Shown one piece after another: positions 63,036-64,000 of a DNA stretch of 64,000 bases. Under the pieces are notes generated by a model that saw only the letters and a program-made list of their open reading frames with translations, had not been told where the DNA came from and made no database searches. How positions within the stretch are numbered: the stretch's first letter is position 1; each line of letters starts with the position of its first letter. This DNA is from the human T2T-CHM13v2.0 reference genome, Homo sapiens: the NCBI RefSeq assembly GCF_009914755.1, contig NC_060933.1; one strand, written 5' to 3'. The position numbers were made by a program, and so were the translations under genes.

Positions 63036-64000
63036 CATTTTTTATTATGCTTCCTAAAGAAATATAGACCCTGGGAAGATTACAAAGATAAAATATTAAG
63101 AAAATAAAACTGTACCATATTTAGTATACATGCATCCTAAAATAATATGTTAGAGAAGATATAATAAATATTATGTTGAAGTTGAACTAATTAGGCAAGT
63201 GGAAATTCTTGTCAGTATATTTGAAACCTGTGGAAAAATATATAGGAAGTGGTTTCTTCTTGAAATACTAAGCTGACACTCCTTCTCCCCCTCTGCAATA
63301 CACACACAGAGATGTAGTTATTGACAGGAAGAGTGATGAAACTCAAGAAGAAAAGTCACAGGTGAACAGTGACAATGAGACTCCTTCTGGGCCGGACGCA
63401 CTGAGATGCATCACCCACTGATCACTGAAGCATCAAAGGAGGATGTTTTTCTTCTTGCATCAGGGACTAATCCTTTACCTCTCTGGCCCTGCAGCTTCTC
63501 TTTGTCAGTGTCACTGTCTGTTAGTGTTTCGATGTGACCTTTATCATTCCCTAACTCTCCCTCCCTTTCCTACTGTCTTTATTTTTATCTGATAATTTCC
63601 TTTTGGTTATGTTTAAGATAAATTTTTGGGTCCATTACAATTTTGTATTTTTTCAACATTAGAAATTAAGCTATGCAAGGCAACAAGTTAAGGAAAATTC
63701 AATGAAGACTCCAGAATGCCTATGGCAAGAAATAAACGTGTTGTTGACTGAGGAATATTCCGGCTCCACTAAACACTATTCCAGAGTGTTTCTAAAAGGG
63801 AAAAGGCTGACATGGAATGAGCTGTGTCTCAGGAGCAAATAGGTGAGACAGCCAATATGGTCTTGCAAGACATCTCCTAGAATGCATAGAGAGGAAAGCC
63901 TGTGCCAAAGCTTCTCTCTGTGACTAGAATTCAGTCACAAATTAGATTCCATATTACTGTGTACCATGAGCAAGACTCCAAATGCTGTCTTTCAAGATTG

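Overview
Primate, very probably human, nuclear genomic DNA. It is AT-rich and CpG-depleted, about half is recognisable interspersed repeat (AluY/S/J, L1PA/L1M, L2, MIR, MaLR, hAT MITEs), and I recognised no host protein-coding exon, RNA gene or CpG island, so it reads as intergenic or deep-intronic. The dominant feature is a 7.56 kb two-LTR endogenous retrovirus (2781-10342) with LTR2/HERV-E LTRs, a tRNA-Glu PBS, a PPT and a 4-bp ATGC target duplication. Its body is a Harlequin-type mosaic with two unrelated env remnants and two separate pol remnants, and it sits inside the endonuclease region of an old L1. Almost all other ORFs in the track are L1/Alu/simple-repeat artefacts. I found no evidence of a new gene system. 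The most interesting signals are mechanistic fossils: Trp-to-stop G>A editing across the provirus, an in-frame env/pol recombination junction, a twin-primed L1 that re-used an Alu's nick site, a candidate L1 3' transduction, a candidate locally templated inverted insertion, and some speculative splice signals. Repeat subfamily names come from remembered consensus sequences and need RepeatMasker/Dfam confirmation. Boundaries without a TSD are approximate.
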